From assembly GCF_002177135.1 (NCBI RefSeq), contig NZ_MWPH01000006.1, forward strand, positions 5,955 through 69,954: a DNA stretch of 64,000 nt, read 5' to 3'. Each line of letters starts with the position of its first letter. Within the stretch, counting starts at the first letter, position 1. Shown here one piece after another: positions 38,574 through 48,102 of the stretch. A program made the position numbers and the translations under genes. The DNA comes from Natronolimnobius baerhuensis. Lineage in GTDB: Archaea > Halobacteriota > Halobacteria > Halobacteriales > Natrialbaceae. Below the pieces are notes generated by a model. The model ran no database searches. It had not been told where the DNA came from and worked only from the letters and a program-made list of their open reading frames with translations.

Positions 38574-39635
38574 TTATGGCCCTTCCTCCCAGACAAAACT
38601 CATCATTTCTACGTCCGCTTTGTCAAAAAATTCTGTTTGCAATTTTTCAGCATTTTCAGCCAACCTTTCCATTTCCTCCCCTTCCTCTAAGAACCGATAT
38701 GAAACATGGTCTACTAACCAATTATATAGTTCATCTATCGCATTATCATAGTCTACGATTGCTTCACTAATGATAACGTTATTCTCCCAACTATCTACGT
38801 ATCCTTTTGCTCTTGTTGACCATTCATTGCTCGATAGCACATACTCTTTATCTAATGCAAAAGAGTACCGTTCCTCCTCAGACATATGTATAGTGAAATC
38901 TATCGGCTCATGGTGAACAATGTAATTTCGAAGACTAGTGAAAAACGGTTCATACAAATCAAGGTTACATTTTTTCACTTTTACATCATACAACTCGCTT
39001 ATCAGCGGATCCGATGAACAGTACTCATCTAACTCAGAAACTATCCTCTCAGTGTAGTTTTCTGCATTTTTCATAGATCCAATATAATTGGACAATAGGC
39101 GCATGAACTCTTTTGAGGATTCATTGACTTGCTTCCAATATATTTCCTCAGTTGTCTCACATCTGGCAATCAAGTGAATGAGTTCAGTATAGTTTCTGTG
39201 ACAAATATGGTTTATCGCATTCATCAATGTCAGGATGCAATTTCCAATATAATAGCCAGGAGAACTCTCCCATTCTCGTGTTGCTTCCATTGCTGCGTGA
39301 AATACTTCTTTTTCCTCTTCAGAATCAATACTGTCAGAATATGTTTTTAGTAGACCAAGTGACTCTGGAGGCATGATAGTCACTGTTAACATCTCAATTA
39401 CAAAATATCTTTCAGCCCTCTCTGCCTTTTCCCCTACCACCCCTTGGGGCCACACGTCGGCAAAACACGTTTCTCGAATATGCACACGAACTCCTGTTTT
39501 CTGTGTGCAGATCCAGATACTGCCTCTCGAGTCAATCTGAGGGCCTTCCATTGGGGACTTCAGATAAAATAGACCTCGAGAGAACAATGCAAACCACGAG
39601 AAGAGCCAGTCTGTGATCACAACCCCGCCAAACAA
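38574..39635 (-). CDS. hypothetical protein (AT-rich island; W/Y/C-rich, no TM)
   Basis: 353-aa ORF in a ~38% GC segment. Compositionally foreign. Confidence 0.45.
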   Translation of the reverse strand: MFGGVVITDWLFSWFALFSRGLFYLKSPMEGPQIDSRGSIWICTQKTGVRVHIRETCFADVWPQGVVGEKAERAERYFVIEMLTVTIMPPESLGLLKTYSDSIDSEEEKEVFHAAMEATREWESSPGYYIGNCILTLMNAINHICHRNYTELIHLIARCETTEEIYWKQVNESSKEFMRLLSNYIGSMKNAENYTERIVSELDEYCSSDPLISELYDVKVKKCNLDLYEPFFTSLRNYIVHHEPIDFTIHMSEEERYSFALDKEYVLSSNEWSTRAKGYVDSWENNVIISEAIVDYDNAIDELYNWLVDHVSYRFLEEGEEMERLAENAEKLQTEFFDKADVEMMSFVWEEGP

Positions 39636-39674
39636 GTCTGCTACACCAACTCTATTTACTTAACCAACAAAATT

Positions 39675-40034
39675 ATGCTCTCGAGAATTGTGTTGGTTAA
39701 CAGGGAGACCATGTCCGACGAACCACCGGAACCGCCAGCAGAACTCCCAAACGATTTGGTCGACACAATTGCTGACTACTCAACCGATCAACTTCGTCAC
39801 ATAGCTCGCTACGGCGAAGCACTTGCTGAATACAAGGAACGTGAGGAACGGCTTGCTGAGAAATCAGATGACGATGACATCGAAAAATCCGCTGCCGATC
39901 TACCAGACGACGTCCCGGCGAAAGCGACACCGACGATCAAGGAAATCAACGACAATCGGTACTACTACTGGCAGTGGAGAGATGGGGACCAGATTAAGTC
40001 CAAATACAAAGGGCCAGTCAATCCTGACGAGTAG
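39675..40034 (+). CDS. hypothetical acidic protein (a partial copy of it lies at 42060-42170)
   Basis: 119 aa. 'LRHIARYGEALAEYKEREERLAEK' is duplicated in degraded form inside the ORB cluster. Confidence 0.45.
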   Translation: MLSRIVLVNRETMSDEPPEPPAELPNDLVDTIADYSTDQLRHIARYGEALAEYKEREERLAEKSDDDDIEKSAADLPDDVPAKATPTIKEINDNRYYYWQWRDGDQIKSKYKGPVNPDE

Positions 40035-40351
40035 ACTGGCGGGGAAGCGACCATGGGTTGACACCCCAGTGCGTCCAGTGTCTTTACCCACACTCCGTGT
40101 GCAAAGTGAATTGATTCAGGACTCGAGAAGCGTGATACCAGAGATCAATACAACACGGTCCGACAACAGAGTGGAATGCGGCGATCAGTGTTTAGGCCGC
40201 GGGGCAGTTTCGTACCGAGAGATATCATCACGCTTCTCAATCCGGTCGTAGGTTTCCTGAAGTGTCTCTTTGGCACGGAGGAGTTTGTGCTCCTCAAGGA
40301 ATTGCCGACCACTCTCACTAAAGGCCAATGGAACATTCCTATTAGAGTGGG

Positions 40352-40945
40352 TTATGTATCGGTGTGCAATTCCATCAAAATAGATAGACTTGTGACGTCT
40401 TCGTCCTGTTGTCCATATCTCATTAAACTCTCCATCTGGTATTCTCCAGTAGGAAAGCACCCATCAGCAGATGGGTCGTCAGCGATAATATATTCATTAG
40501 AAATTGTTTCGCCTGGTTCAAGATCCGGTGTTTGAACTCCTTCTAGTGTCCAGTTAATATCTTCATTAGATGCACATTCTGGAGCAGAGTCAACAGATAG
40601 ACTATCTGCAGCAGCAAGAGAATAAATAATTATGCCAGCTGAACCATGATTGGAACTTGGCATTTTATAAAATGGTATTCGTGCCCCCACTACGGATTGA
40701 GAGTCGTTTGTTATACTTATCTCGAAAGTCGCACTATGTTGGGAATTTATCTCATTTTCTAATGTGACAACATCAAGTGTATAGGGAGAATCATTATCGT
40801 CCTGCTCGAGTTCGTGAATTGATAATTTCCGCTCAAAGTCATCGGTCATTTGATTACCTAATCCTAAGCAGCCTGCTGTTGAAGTGAAAGCTATTAAACC
40901 ACTTGTGGCAAGTATATTTCTTCTATTCATTAAGATAATTGTCAT
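40352..40945 (-). CDS. hypothetical secreted protein / lipoprotein (Tat-like signal plus lipobox-like AGC)
   Basis: 'MNRRNILATSGLIAFTSTAGCLG' N-terminus. AT-rich. Confidence 0.5.
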   Translation of the reverse strand: MTIILMNRRNILATSGLIAFTSTAGCLGLGNQMTDDFERKLSIHELEQDDNDSPYTLDVVTLENEINSQHSATFEISITNDSQSVVGARIPFYKMPSSNHGSAGIIIYSLAAADSLSVDSAPECASNEDINWTLEGVQTPDLEPGETISNEYIIADDPSADGCFPTGEYQMESLMRYGQQDEDVTSLSILMELHTDT

Positions 40946-41732
40946 ACCTGATTGAATATATACTTTTGGTACCCCCGTTACACTGGATTTAATCAGGAGA
41001 ATTGCAGAGTACTTCTGTCACCTCATCGAGCACGACCTCGTCGAGATCGCTACCCCTGACACTGTTAACTCCGATATCGACCGATTCAGAGATGTGATGG
41101 TTGCTAATGGAACCGTCCTACGGTTGCACGCCCAACTCATACTCCACGAACTCAGCGAATATCTCGGCTACTCGCCGCCACCGCTCCTCTACCGACTGAC
41201 CGAAGATGCACAGAAGATCCACCAGCAACAGCCAGTGTTACAAGAGACGCTCGCTACCGCTACGCAACCGAGGTGTGAGTCTTAGCTAAAGAGGAATAAT
41301 GCAAATCTCAGGTCACTCGAGTTAAAATCTCAAAGATGCTGCAGACACCTCTATCGATTTGTTTTTCGCGAGTACGTTGCTAGCGCCATCAATCCTTGGC
41401 ACCCCAGTACGTCCAGTGTTGATCAACCAGGATACCAAACACCCCCCGCCATGTCCAGTGTCTCGAGAAACAATTTCACTACACCCCACCATGTCCAATG
41501 TCTTTGTCTTTCCAAGGCTGCTGCAGACACCCCTATCGATTTGTTCGAAACAGGGCAAACCATCACGCATACACTCCACCCGTCGAGTGTAAACCGGCGA
41601 ATATTCAGAGTACAGACCGTCTCTGTGACGGTCAAAAAAGAGGTTTGCTTGAATCCGGTGAGCTGACAATCTAAGAAGAGCAGATGATAGAAAGTTAGTA
41701 CAGAGGATCTCGCGGAAGACGTGGCCATCTCG

Positions 41733-41750
41733 AGATGATGATGATGATGA
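41733..41750. repeat. (GAT)6 microsatellite
   Basis: 'gatgatgatgatgatgat' read directly. Confidence 0.9.
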
Positions 41751-42059
41751 TGGTTCCCACGGTTATATAAATACCTCTGTAACCGACACTCAATGCACCT
41801 ACTGGAGAAATCCCTCGTTCAAAGTCCTATACAATCCCTGCTGTAAGGCAGCTATCTACGCACAATTTCGGGAATTTACACTCGACAGGTGGGGTGTTCC
41901 TTGAACTCAGTGTACATGTTAGTCGATACACTCGACGCTTGGGGTCCCAGATGCCTGAGTTTGGAATTCTGTTTTTATTTTAATTCTATTTGGTTAATAG
42001 GGAGTCTATAGTCGGTGTATTTGAGGTCTTACACTCGACAACCGGGGTGATATGAGTGA

Positions 42060-42170
42060 CTCTATGCGCATCCTATGTCAGATTTCTTTGAAGACCTACT
42101 TCGACACGCAACTCGCTACGGCGAAACGCTTGCTGAGTACAAAGAGTGTTAGGAGCGCCTCGCGAACGAT
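42060..42170 (+). pseudogene. degraded partial copy of gene 39675-40034
   Basis: 'LRHATRYGETLAEYKEC*ERLAN' versus 'LRHIARYGEALAEYKEREERLAE'. About 80% nucleotide identity over ~85 bp. Confidence 0.35.
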
Positions 42171-42435
42171 ACCTAGTTTAATCTATATAATTATATTAAC
42201 TTCTGTTCTTCTACCACCTTGAGGATGTTGCGGACACCTCTATCGATTTGTTTTTCGCAAGTACGTTGCTAGTGTCGTCAATGATTTAGCACCCACCACG
42301 GACAGTGTCTTTGTTTCCCTAATGACGCCAGATTCTGTTGTTTTACCCCTCAAAGAGACTGGAGACACCTCTATCGATTTGTTCTACACAGTCCAGACCA
42401 CTACGCACACACCCCTATCGATTTGTTTTTCGCAA

Positions 42436-43770
42436 TTACTGAGATTGCTTACGGAGTTGAGCTTGAACCACCGCTTGGAGTTCGTCATCATGCACATCAT
42501 CAAACCGAGAGTCTTCACGAAGCGTATCCATGATTGTTTCTGGACTTTCAGCAAACGAAAACTCGAGATAGCTCCCTGAGTGTGGACCTTGGCTTTTGCG
42601 TTCGGATTCCACGAGAGAGTACGTCGTCAACTCCTTCATCTTGTTGACATAGGTCTCTTGATGATACTGATCTACATTGAGCGTGTCTGTGAGATATCGA
42701 TAGACAGTGTAGCCATTCGGGCTTTTTGCAGTCCCGTTGCCAGCTTGTTGAGCTACCGCCGCTGTTGCCAGTAAACAGAGTTTTTTCTGAGTACTGATTC
42801 CACGCGTGACCTCCAGTACGCGGTTCTTCTCGACTTTATCTTGGGCTTTTCGTACGTGAGTTTCACTTACCTGATCTGCAGCCTCACGTTCAGCAATGGA
42901 CCCTGCTGTCCGCATCAAGTCGATTGCCTTTCGAGCATCACCGTGAGTTTGGGCAGCGAATGCAGCTGCAAGTGGGATCACATCTTCACTGAGTGCATCC
43001 TCATAGAACGCATCCGTCCGATGGTAGAGAATTTCCCGAAGCTGGTTCGCGTCATAATCATTGAAATGGACATCCTCAGGAGTAAACGAACTCACTGCAC
43101 GGCTCCCGACATTGGACATCATTGTGGCATCGTTTGTAATCGCTGTCACTGAAACGTTTGCCCTCGTATCGTCAGTACTTCCAGCCCGAGAGAGTTGGTA
43201 CAACAATCGCGAAAACGCAGGTTCATCGATATCCCGACGGCCAACCAGCATATCGAGTTCATCGAGAATAACAACTACAGTGTCGTAGTGTTCATCAATC
43301 AACCGATACAGCTCACGCCATTTCTTTTTTGTTGGGATACCGTGCTCAGGCACTTCGACCGTAACGCCAGCATCAGTAGCAACCTTCCGCGCGAGTTCAT
43401 AAACTGCAGAACCAAGCGTACCGACATTTTGGCAGTTCATGTGGATAACGCCAAAGCGAATGTCTCGAGTCTCGCATAGCTCAAGGATGTTTTTACAGAC
43501 TGCGTTGATGATCAACGATTTTCCTGTACCTGATGGACCATAGAGGAAGAGATTAGGTGGTCGTTCACCGTTGATAGCAACGCGAAGATGCTGAGTGATC
43601 TCTGTAAGCTGTGAATCTCGCCCAACAATGCGGCCTTCATCAACAATCTCGTTAGGCTCCAAGAGAGGCCGGTTCCGGATAAGACTCGCAGATTCCTCCT
43701 GATCGAGAATAAGATCCTTAATAGAACCCGTCTCACCAGGCGGGGTCCCTGAATCTGGATCTTTTGACAT
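42436..43770 (-). CDS. orc1: Orc1/Cdc6 replication initiator (AAA+ plus winged helix)
   Basis: Walker A 'GPSGTGKS', Walker B 'VVVILDELDML', sensor 'HGDARKAIDLMRTAG', C-terminal WH domain. Flanked on both sides by ORB-like repeats. Confidence 0.9.
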   Translation of the reverse strand: MSKDPDSGTPPGETGSIKDLILDQEESASLIRNRPLLEPNEIVDEGRIVGRDSQLTEITQHLRVAINGERPPNLFLYGPSGTGKSLIINAVCKNILELCETRDIRFGVIHMNCQNVGTLGSAVYELARKVATDAGVTVEVPEHGIPTKKKWRELYRLIDEHYDTVVVILDELDMLVGRRDIDEPAFSRLLYQLSRAGSTDDTRANVSVTAITNDATMMSNVGSRAVSSFTPEDVHFNDYDANQLREILYHRTDAFYEDALSEDVIPLAAAFAAQTHGDARKAIDLMRTAGSIAEREAADQVSETHVRKAQDKVEKNRVLEVTRGISTQKKLCLLATAAVAQQAGNGTAKSPNGYTVYRYLTDTLNVDQYHQETYVNKMKELTTYSLVESERKSQGPHSGSYLEFSFAESPETIMDTLREDSRFDDVHDDELQAVVQAQLRKQSQ

Positions 43771-43908
43771 ACAAAGGCCCTCACAGTCAATTGACTAAAA
43801 GGTTCCCCTATCGATATGTATTTTCTCAGTAGAGGTGTTAGGAAGGGGGTTTGTGGGTTTTTCAGTTATAGGTTCGGAAACCTACAACGACTTGTTACAG
43901 GACAGTCT

Positions 43909-44270
43909 CACACCCCTATCGATTTGTTCGAGCCGGAAGAGGGGTGGAGTCCTAAAAGCAAGAAGAGTTGACCAAGATAGCGGAAGACGAGTAGATGCAG
44001 TTGATGCATTTGTTATTCTAGGTTTCTAGTCTAGAACTAGAATAGAACACACTCCTATCGATTTGTTCAACTTGACACCAGCAACAATGTTTCACCTCTG
44101 ATCTACTCGATATGATCGGTCGGCGAACCATTATTAATCTATAATCTAATCCCTCTAACACCACATTTCCTCGTTGAAAGAGCGTCTGCTGATAAATATT
44201 GAATTGAATCCCCAGTCCTACAGCTCCCAGTCTATTTTGAGCAAAAACAAATCGATAGGGGTGTCTGTGT
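43909..44270. repeat. origin-recognition-box-like repeats, cluster B (3 copies; one inverted) upstream of orc1
   Basis: 43909-43930 'cacacccctatcgatttgttcg' (+), 44048-44068 'cacactcctatcgatttgttc' (+), 44244-44270 'aaacaaatcgataggggtgtctgtg' (inverted). Confidence 0.6.
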
Positions 44271-44541
44271 ACTACACATCAAAATACTCATCAATCCATT
44301 GGTTGTGCTGTTCCTCTGCACCGACTAATTCGATTACCCATCTCGAAATCGATCAGATTTCACTTGGAAAAATAACGGACTGACTTGATGCGCGGCAGCA
44401 GACTCGAGGCACTAGGTGCCATCTTATTAATCCGGAGATCCGTGGAAAAATCGGTGGAGAATATAAACAGCATGAACTAGAATATCTGGTTGAGAGTGTA
44501 GGAGCACAGTTATCAGTGCATTCGGGAAATTGACATGACCT

Positions 44542-44612
44542 CACTACTTCCGCTGTTAGCCATGAATAACTGTAGCACTCATTGCATCCTTAGTGTAACA
44601 GCGGAAGTAGTG
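44542..44612. repeat. 17-bp perfect inverted repeat (cactacttccgctgtta / taacagcggaagtagtg) separated by 37 nt
   Basis: Read directly. Could form a long hairpin in RNA or a cruciform in DNA. Confidence 0.8.
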
Positions 44613-45060
44613 GGGTGGGGGTGCCTCAGGTTCGTGGAATGATGTCTTCTCGCTTTTTCCTGCCAAGTGTATTTTGACACCCTCTGTTCCCTTCAGAATG
44701 CCTTTAACCAACAACATGGACCAGAAGCTCGGCGTTGGTTAACAACAAGACCATATCCTACGAGTCATCGGAACCGTCAGCAGATACGCCAACAGTAAAA
44801 ATAATCAGAACTCTAACAAGTAATGTCTGGCACAGATATCCGATCAATGGCTGTATCAATTGCTTCTGTAAGGTTGAGGATGGTAGGCCATCGATCAGGA
44901 TCTCAGACGTCCGTCTTCAACGTAGTTGAAACGACAGCTTTCATTGTCGTAACTCGCTATGAGTGTAATAACTGACCTCTACTGTCCTGACTACTGATGT
45001 TCATTGTGATAAATATTAGAAATACATACGTTTAACTATCTCTGATAGTGGCGTCACATT

Positions 45061-48000
45061 ATGGGAATTAATCCCAAAGAGAGACAGTCAGTGTTCGGAC
45101 GTCGCGGTTTCATGGCACTAACTGGGACGGCACTCGGAACGACGTTTACGGGCGTCGGCCGTCGGTCCGCTGCACCGTCCCCGGTCGACGAAACTGGTAT
45201 CGATGCGCTTTCGTTTTACTCCGCTGCGAGCCAGATCGCAGCTGATGGTGAGAGTGAACTCGCAGACGATGAGACCGTCGTCGTCTGGGCGGAGCCGACA
45301 GCCTATAACTTCGAGTCGACGGACGACGGGCCGGAAACGGTTGTCTACGACGACAATCCCATTCCGTTGGTCTCTGAGGACGGTCCTGTCGTCGGCCTCG
45401 GAACAGTCGACTTCGTCAGCGACGATCAGGGTGGGTTCGACGTCGACAACGAGGCGTTCCTGCTCAACCTCTTCGACGCCAAGATCGGCGGCGAAGGAAC
45501 GGTTCTCTGGGACGAGGGCCACGACCAATTCCACGAACTGGGGCTTGATTACTACCATTCCTTCGACCAGTACGCCGCGGACGCAGGCTACGACCTGACG
45601 GCGACGACGAACATTCTTGGCGGGACGGAACTGCTGTTTCCTTCGACGGCGAGCCAAGTCGCGGCGGGTGGCGGCCCACTTACGGATCCTTCACACGTCG
45701 TCGTCTGGGCTGAATCGACCGCACAGAACGTCGACGACGCGGGGGATGAAGCGTCGTATATCTACAGCGACGGCGAAGACATTCCGCTCGTCTCCCGCGA
45801 CGGCACCGTCGTCGGTATCGGGACGCCGGAACTGCTCGAGGCCGGCTTCCGGTTCAACTCGGATCAGGTAATCGACGAAGAGAACAGCGGTTGGGCCCCG
45901 TTCGTGGTCCGGACGACGAACTTCAACGAGGCGTTCGACTTCTTCAGCGAGGGTGGTGACGATGAGTCCGCTGTCGACGCTGCCGACGCGGTTATCATTC
46001 CGTCGCCCGCCGACCCGTACACCGACACAGAGCTCGAGGCGCTCGCAGATCACGTCGCCGGCGGCGGCGCGGTGTTCCTCCTCGACGAGTCGGAGTTTAC
46101 CAACGAGGAGACGGCGAACCTCAACGCCATCGCCGAGGAACTCGACCTCGCGTTCCGGTTCAACGCTGATCAAGTCGAAGACGAGACGCACAACGACGGC
46201 GTCGAGTTCGTTCCAACAACGTCGAACTTCAACGAGGGATTCGACGTCTTCCATGGACTGGATGGGGCCGGCCTCGAGGACGCTGACGGCCTGGTTGTCA
46301 CGTCGCCGACTGCAGCGTTCACGGAGGCGGAACTCGAGGCACTCGAGAACTTCGTGGCTGACGGTGGAGCCGTGTTCCTGTTCGACGAGTCCGACTTCGG
46401 CGGCCAAGGCAACACCAACTTCGGCTTCGACGAGACGGAAAATCTCAACGCTATCGCGGACGCACTCGATCTTTCCTTCCGGTTCAACTCGGATCAGGTG
46501 AACGACGGCGACGGGGAGTTTGATATCACGACGACGAACTTCAACACCGCCTTCGATTACTTTGCGGAGCGTGAGAACTCCATTGGAATCGATTTCAATT
46601 CCGACGAGGAATACTACGGCCGCGTTGTGCGGGTGTTCGACGGCGACACCTTCGAGGTTGAGTTCGACAGCGAGTACGACTATCGCGACGTGGTCCGCCA
46701 CCTCGGATTCGATACGGCCGAGACAGGTGACGCCGAAAACGAGATCCACGAGTGGTTCGGCATCGAGGATCTCGAACACCTTGACGAGTGGGGAACGAAG
46801 GCGACCGAGTTCGCGCTCGATCGCATGACGCCAGAGGGGACCGGTGCGGGCGACACCGACGTGGAGGGACGCCGGATCAAACTTACATTCGACGATGTCG
46901 AGCCGATCCGCGGCAACTACGGCCGATTGCTCGGTTACATGCAGTATGATCCGGATGACTTCGACGCTGACCCCGAAACAGACACGTACTCAGTCGACTA
47001 CAATCTCGAGATGGTCGAGGAGGGGTATGCTCGCGTCTACTCCTCGGGCTTCGCCCGCCACGACGAGTTCGCAGCCGCCGAAGAGGATGCGCTCGCCGAC
47101 GGCCGCGGCGTCTGGTCGGCGTCCGATTTCGACGCAGTTCCGGAACATCGCAACGACCCCGTCGAGGATGTCTTTGTCCCGCACGCGTCGAGCGTGACCA
47201 CCGAGTCTGGCCCGCTCGCCGACGAACGGGTTCCCGTCGTTGCCGGGCCGACGGCCGAACAGGAGCCGCTGGGTGACGATGAGAACGAGTTCGACGCGTA
47301 CGATGATGCGCCACTGATCGGAATCGACCGTGACAACCGCGTTGCGATGGTCGGCGGACTGCTGTTCAACGAAGCCTACGAAGAGCTGGAGGGATTCCCG
47401 GCCGATACCAGCGAGTACGGCAACTTCCCGCTGTTGACCAACCTCGCACGCTATCTCTCGACCAACGACGGCGACTTCCTCATCGAGGGCGGACACGCAC
47501 AGTTCGATGTCTCGGGTTCGCTTTCCTTAGAGCGGACACAGTATTACCTGCGCTACCTCGAAGGTGTCGGGCTCCGTCTTCGCCAGTTCAACGATGTCGT
47601 GAACACGCTTCCCGAAGAGGACGATCCGACCGTAGTGTTCCTCACCGCACCGGGACGAGCCTACACTGACGCCGAACTCGAGACACTCCGCGAGTACCGT
47701 GACGCCGGGGGTGCGGTGATTCTGATCGGTTCGACCGGTGCGAACTCCGACCATCGCGGGAACCTCGACGCGGTCGCCGCCGGACTGGGTTCGGATCTCC
47801 GGCTTAACGACGACCGCGTCGTCGACGCTGAGGACAACCTTGCGGACGACCCGGCGCTTCCGGTGACGAGTGGATTCAACTCTTCGTTCCCGCTATTTTC
47901 ACCGGTCGGTGACGGCCAGTTCGACCACCTCGAGCCCGAACAACGAGCGTACCTCGAGCTAATCGCCGACGATAGCGGGACCGTTAGTCGCGAGGCGGTC

Positions 48001-48102
48001 GACGGAGCCATCGAAGACTGGTCGGCCGGTCGAATCGAACGCGAGACGCTCGACGCGACAATCCAGGCGTGGTCGCAGGACCTTCAGGTGATCGCCCCAT
48101 GA
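45061..48102 (+). CDS. Tat-secreted multidomain protein with staphylococcal/micrococcal nuclease (SNase) domain and repeated 'FRFN(S/A)DQV' modules
   Basis: Tat motif 'GRRGFMALTG'. The SNase-like core 'GRVVRVFDGDTFEVEF...VRHLGFDTAETGD...GRLLGYMQYD...EMVEEGYARVY...ADGRGVWS' contains the conserved Ca/active-site D/E/R pattern. Four repeats of ~130 aa. Confidence 0.75.
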   Translation: MGINPKERQSVFGRRGFMALTGTALGTTFTGVGRRSAAPSPVDETGIDALSFYSAASQIAADGESELADDETVVVWAEPTAYNFESTDDGPETVVYDDNPIPLVSEDGPVVGLGTVDFVSDDQGGFDVDNEAFLLNLFDAKIGGEGTVLWDEGHDQFHELGLDYYHSFDQYAADAGYDLTATTNILGGTELLFPSTASQVAAGGGPLTDPSHVVVWAESTAQNVDDAGDEASYIYSDGEDIPLVSRDGTVVGIGTPELLEAGFRFNSDQVIDEENSGWAPFVVRTTNFNEAFDFFSEGGDDESAVDAADAVIIPSPADPYTDTELEALADHVAGGGAVFLLDESEFTNEETANLNAIAEELDLAFRFNADQVEDETHNDGVEFVPTTSNFNEGFDVFHGLDGAGLEDADGLVVTSPTAAFTEAELEALENFVADGGAVFLFDESDFGGQGNTNFGFDETENLNAIADALDLSFRFNSDQVNDGDGEFDITTTNFNTAFDYFAERENSIGIDFNSDEEYYGRVVRVFDGDTFEVEFDSEYDYRDVVRHLGFDTAETGDAENEIHEWFGIEDLEHLDEWGTKATEFALDRMTPEGTGAGDTDVEGRRIKLTFDDVEPIRGNYGRLLGYMQYDPDDFDADPETDTYSVDYNLEMVEEGYARVYSSGFARHDEFAAAEEDALADGRGVWSASDFDAVPEHRNDPVEDVFVPHASSVTTESGPLADERVPVVAGPTAEQEPLGDDENEFDAYDDAPLIGIDRDNRVAMVGGLLFNEAYEELEGFPADTSEYGNFPLLTNLARYLSTNDGDFLIEGGHAQFDVSGSLSLERTQYYLRYLEGVGLRLRQFNDVVNTLPEEDDPTVVFLTAPGRAYTDAELETLREYRDAGGAVILIGSTGANSDHRGNLDAVAAGLGSDLRLNDDRVVDAEDNLADDPALPVTSGFNSSFPLFSPVGDGQFDHLEPEQRAYLELIADDSGTVSREAVDGAIEDWSAGRIERETLDATIQAWSQDLQVIAP

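Larger units (their letters stand above)
41346..42434 (+). repeat. origin-recognition-box-like repeats, cluster A (5 copies) downstream of orc1
   Basis: Copies of 'cac(a)c(c/t)cctatcgatttgtt' at 41346-41383, 41528-41547, 42235-42272, 42366-42384 and 42406-42434. Copies 1 and 3 share an extended 38-bp unit '...tttttcgc(g/a)agtacgttgctag'. Confidence 0.6.

Noticed and set aside
45691-46779. 362-aa minus-strand ORF inside the SNase-domain gene
   Set aside because: Antisense to a gene with Tat signal and SNase motifs. V/E/R-rich with no start context.
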